Shown in pieces: positions 60,840 to 64,000 of a DNA stretch of 64,000 nt. The notes below the pieces were generated by a model that saw nothing but the letters and a program-made list of their open reading frames with translations, did not search any database and was not told where the DNA came from. Within the stretch, counting starts at the first letter, position 1, and every line of letters begins with the position of its first letter. The DNA is from Raja brachyura. Taxonomy: Eukaryota. The stretch spans positions 9,548,001 through 9,612,000 of the forward strand of contig OY740813.1 in NCBI GenBank assembly GCA_963514005.1, written 5' to 3'. Both the position numbers and the translations under genes were made by a program.

Positions 60840-61760
60840 CATAAGATCCTTCATGAGTTTGAACCCTCAAAAAGCATCTGAACCTGGTTGCGTTCTCAAT
60901 ACCTGCACTGAACAATTGTCTAGAGTGTTTGCGGGGATCTAATTACAGACACCTGCAGTTCCCACCTGCTTTAAAAGGGCATCAATAATACTGGTGCTCA
61001 AAAGAGTAACGTAGCATGCCTCGATAACTAGACATGTAATACATCTGTGGCGATGAACTTCTTTGACAGGTTGGTTATGGCGCATATCAACTCCTACCTT
61101 ATCAAAAACCTGGACCCACTACAATTTGCCACGACCACAATAGATCAATAGGAGATACTATCTTGCTAGCTCTCCATTCTTCACTGACTACTTGGACAAT
61201 AAGAAAACATACGTCAAGCTGCTGTTCATAGATTACAGCTCGGCATTCAACACCATCATCCCCTAAAAACTTATTATCAAGCTCACAGAACTGGGTCTCT
61301 GTGCATCGTTTGCAACTGGATTGTGATGTCCTCATCACAGACCAGATAGCTACGAATTGATAACAACACTTCCTCCTCGATAACCATCAGCACAGGCACA
61401 CCAAGGCTCCTTCTATACTCACTCTATACCCATGACTGTGTAGCCGGGTACAGCTCCTACCCACCATTAAATGACATTGACACCAATGACAATCACACCA
61501 ATATTGTTGGACGAATTACTGGCAATTCTTCTTCATCAGGAAGATATTGCAGTTTGAAAACTGTGACCTTCAGGTTCAGGTACAGCTTCTTCCCAAAAAT
61601 CTGACTCTTGAACACGACAAACACCAAATAAATTATTAATTGCAATGGTTTTGGATGATCTAGGGACTCTGGGCTTTTGTTCTGCATTAACAATGCGTTT
61701 TAATTTATCAATTCTATTTTTATTATCGTGTTATTCACGAGTACTGTGTTTACAGATCTG
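60840..61760 (+). mobile_element. Rex1/Babar-type LINE RT remnant
   Basis: 61210-61263 reads [18 protein letters not shown]; also ctggacccactacaatttgcc (LDPLQFA); contains stops and frameshifts. Confidence 0.8.
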
Positions 61761-63343
61761 TCAAGAGTCAAGTCAAGAGTCAAGAGAGTTTTATTGTCAT
61801 GTGACCCAGATAGGACAATGAAATTCTTGCTTGCTGCAGCACAACAGAATATGTAAACATAATACACTGTGCAAGTAAGAAAATAAGAAATAATTAAATT
61901 TTGTTTTCAGTTCAATTGACAATTAAACACTCTTGATTCATCCTTCAACTTCCTTCTTAACGCTTGCCTATGTGTTGCTCCTCAGCATCATCATTCTAAA
62001 GCACAACGGTTTCCTCTATATCATAATAATACCCACGTTTATCAAATCACAACCATCTCTCTTGGCCTGATATTTATAAATTGTCAGCCTGTCTGACATT
62101 TAGGAATGGTTCAGTGAAAAAAAATAAAGCACTTGTCACAAAGACTGTTCCCCCAGTCACGGAATCTGTCACATCACATCTTTCTAAAAATTGATTCACT
62201 GCTCACAAGCAAGGTATGTTTTCTGACCAAGATAAGTTTTGAACACTGTTTCTGTGACAGATTTAGACTGTTCCAACTAATTATCACCATCCAACTCGCC
62301 CATCTTCTGCTGAATCCCTCATCCAAGGGTTCACCTCAAAACACAAACATGTCATTGTACTCCTGCCTTCCCTATAACTTTCTATCATAGTAAGGCATGA
62401 TGCATTGATATATACAGCATCATCCCATTTATCAGTTCTCCATGATATTGCAGTTCAGAAAACCATTAACTTCAAAATGCTTATCCTCGCTTTCATGCCT
62501 TGCCCCTTTCTATATGTACAGCCTCTTTCAGCCCCTTAGAATTATCTGTATACTTTGAGTTTTGGCTTACTCAGTAAAATTATTTTAAAACAAAATCACT
62601 CCATCATCTAGAGCCAAGTCCCTAAAAGCTTGGAGATCATCTCCTTTATCTCTAAAGCAGTGGTTGCAGAGGATATTTATCTTTAAAGCTGAGACTGATA
62701 GGTTTCTTGATTAGTAAGGGCATCAAAGATTACAGGGAGAACAGGGTTGAGAAGGAAAAATAGATCAGACATGATTGAATGGCAGAGCAGATTCAATGGG
62801 CCAAATAGCCCAATTCTGCTCCTACGTCGTATGATCTCTCTACCCCTCCCGAAGACTCTCATTAAAATCCAACTTAAGTTTTAAAAGTTTAGTAATGCAC
62901 CAATACCTTCACATGGTACAATATCAATTTTCTTTGATAATGCCAGTGTTGTTTTGAAATATTTCTGCTCTGTTAAAATCATTAAAGTGGATACTGCATC
63001 TTGCATACAAAAGGACAAAACCCATTAATTCATAAATGCTAAATTCCAAAAGTGCTATAAACTATTGCATTTAGGAATACATTTAACACAAACGCTCTTC
63101 GCAAAACGATAATAGATTTGACACAATGCAATACAAAAAGTCTTCTGACCAAAATCAAGTAGGATAGCCCATGTTCATTCAACAATTGTTTATGAATTGA
63201 CCTCTAATTTTATTTCTCCTTGCACAGAAGAAATACAGAAACAATATCACATGGTTATTTTCCATTTTTAAAAAAGGCTAGTTAATCTCAGTTTCGTGAC
63301 AACATTTTTTTTTTAAACTCTAGGAGAGGTAGAGATCTTTAAA

Positions 63344-63422
63344 GTCTGAAGATGGGTCTCAATCCTTCCCTCCAGAGATGCTGCCTGTCCCGCTGGGTTA
63401 CTCCAGCATTTTGTGTCGACCC
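63344..63422 (+). mobile_element. Penelope-like short repeat, internally deleted
   Basis: gtctgaagatgggtctc...ccagagatgctgcctgtcccgc; 14-bp TSD TAGAGATCTTTAAA at 63330-63343 and 63423-63436. Confidence 0.75.
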
Positions 63423-64000
63423 TAGAGATCTTTAAAATTATAAATGGCTATTTAAAGGAGAAATAAAACAACTTCATTTGTAGGGAAGATATCCAAAACT
63501 GGGGTTCATAAATACAAGAGAGCCACCAATAAATTCAATGAAGAAAGAACATTTTGCTGATGGGGCAGGGTAGGAAGAGCCTATTATATCCACTCATGCA
63601 GATTTGGACTAGATGGGCCAAATAGCCATCTGAGGTGTTGAAAATTCTATGCAAATAGAAATTTCTGCACAAAGCTGTTCTACTCTGAGAGCATAATGAC
63701 AAAATAAATAGAATTATCAGTTGATAAGAGAAAAATGAAAATACAACAGGGGGCAGCTTACGTGGACCACAAAGTCACAAAGCAGATGGATGCAATGGTC
63801 TTTATAATTTTCTAGGAACGCCTTAAATACTTCATTTATTTATATGCATGATTGTCCCAAACTACAGGGAAGTGGCAAAATACATCTTATAAAGTGTAGA
63901 AAATATAGTAAAGGAATAAGCAGAAAAGGGCCAAATAAAACTTCCCAACCCCACATCTAACTGGTTCCCCATCAGGCAGATTACCAGAGTACGCCTCAGT

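Noticed and set aside
57400-64000. A neighbouring protein-coding gene upstream of SPTAN1
   Set aside because: I could recognise only repeat remnants and no convincing exon; small exons could have been missed.

Overview
Eukaryotic genomic DNA, very likely from a cartilaginous fish (skate/ray-type repeat families; this is inference). The window holds the 5' two-thirds of SPTAN1 (non-erythroid alpha-II spectrin) on the minus strand. I traced 39 coding exons by hand from the ATG at 47704 down to 1054. All phases are compatible, totalling 5052 nt (1684 codons), and the gene continues past the left edge. The exons include the spectrin repeats, the SH3 domain, the 60-nt SH3-insert cassette, three short exons of the calpain/caspase/calmodulin loop and the 15-nt LSKLL microexon. 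A CpG-rich probable promoter and non-coding exon 1 lies at about 56.8-57.3 kb. Introns and upstream DNA contain CR1-type LINE fragments, V-domain SINEs, an older SINE family, a Rex1/Babar LINE remnant, a complete non-autonomous hAT-type element with an 8-bp TSD, and short Penelope-like repeats with a minimal hammerhead-ribozyme motif. Main highlights: the hammerhead repeats; a duplicated splice donor whose distal copy adds an in-frame stop; a calpain-site exon lacking the Tyr; a GC-AG intron; an extra intron at codon 25; and NRF1 palindromes in the hAT element. Most ORFs in the supplied track are spurious.
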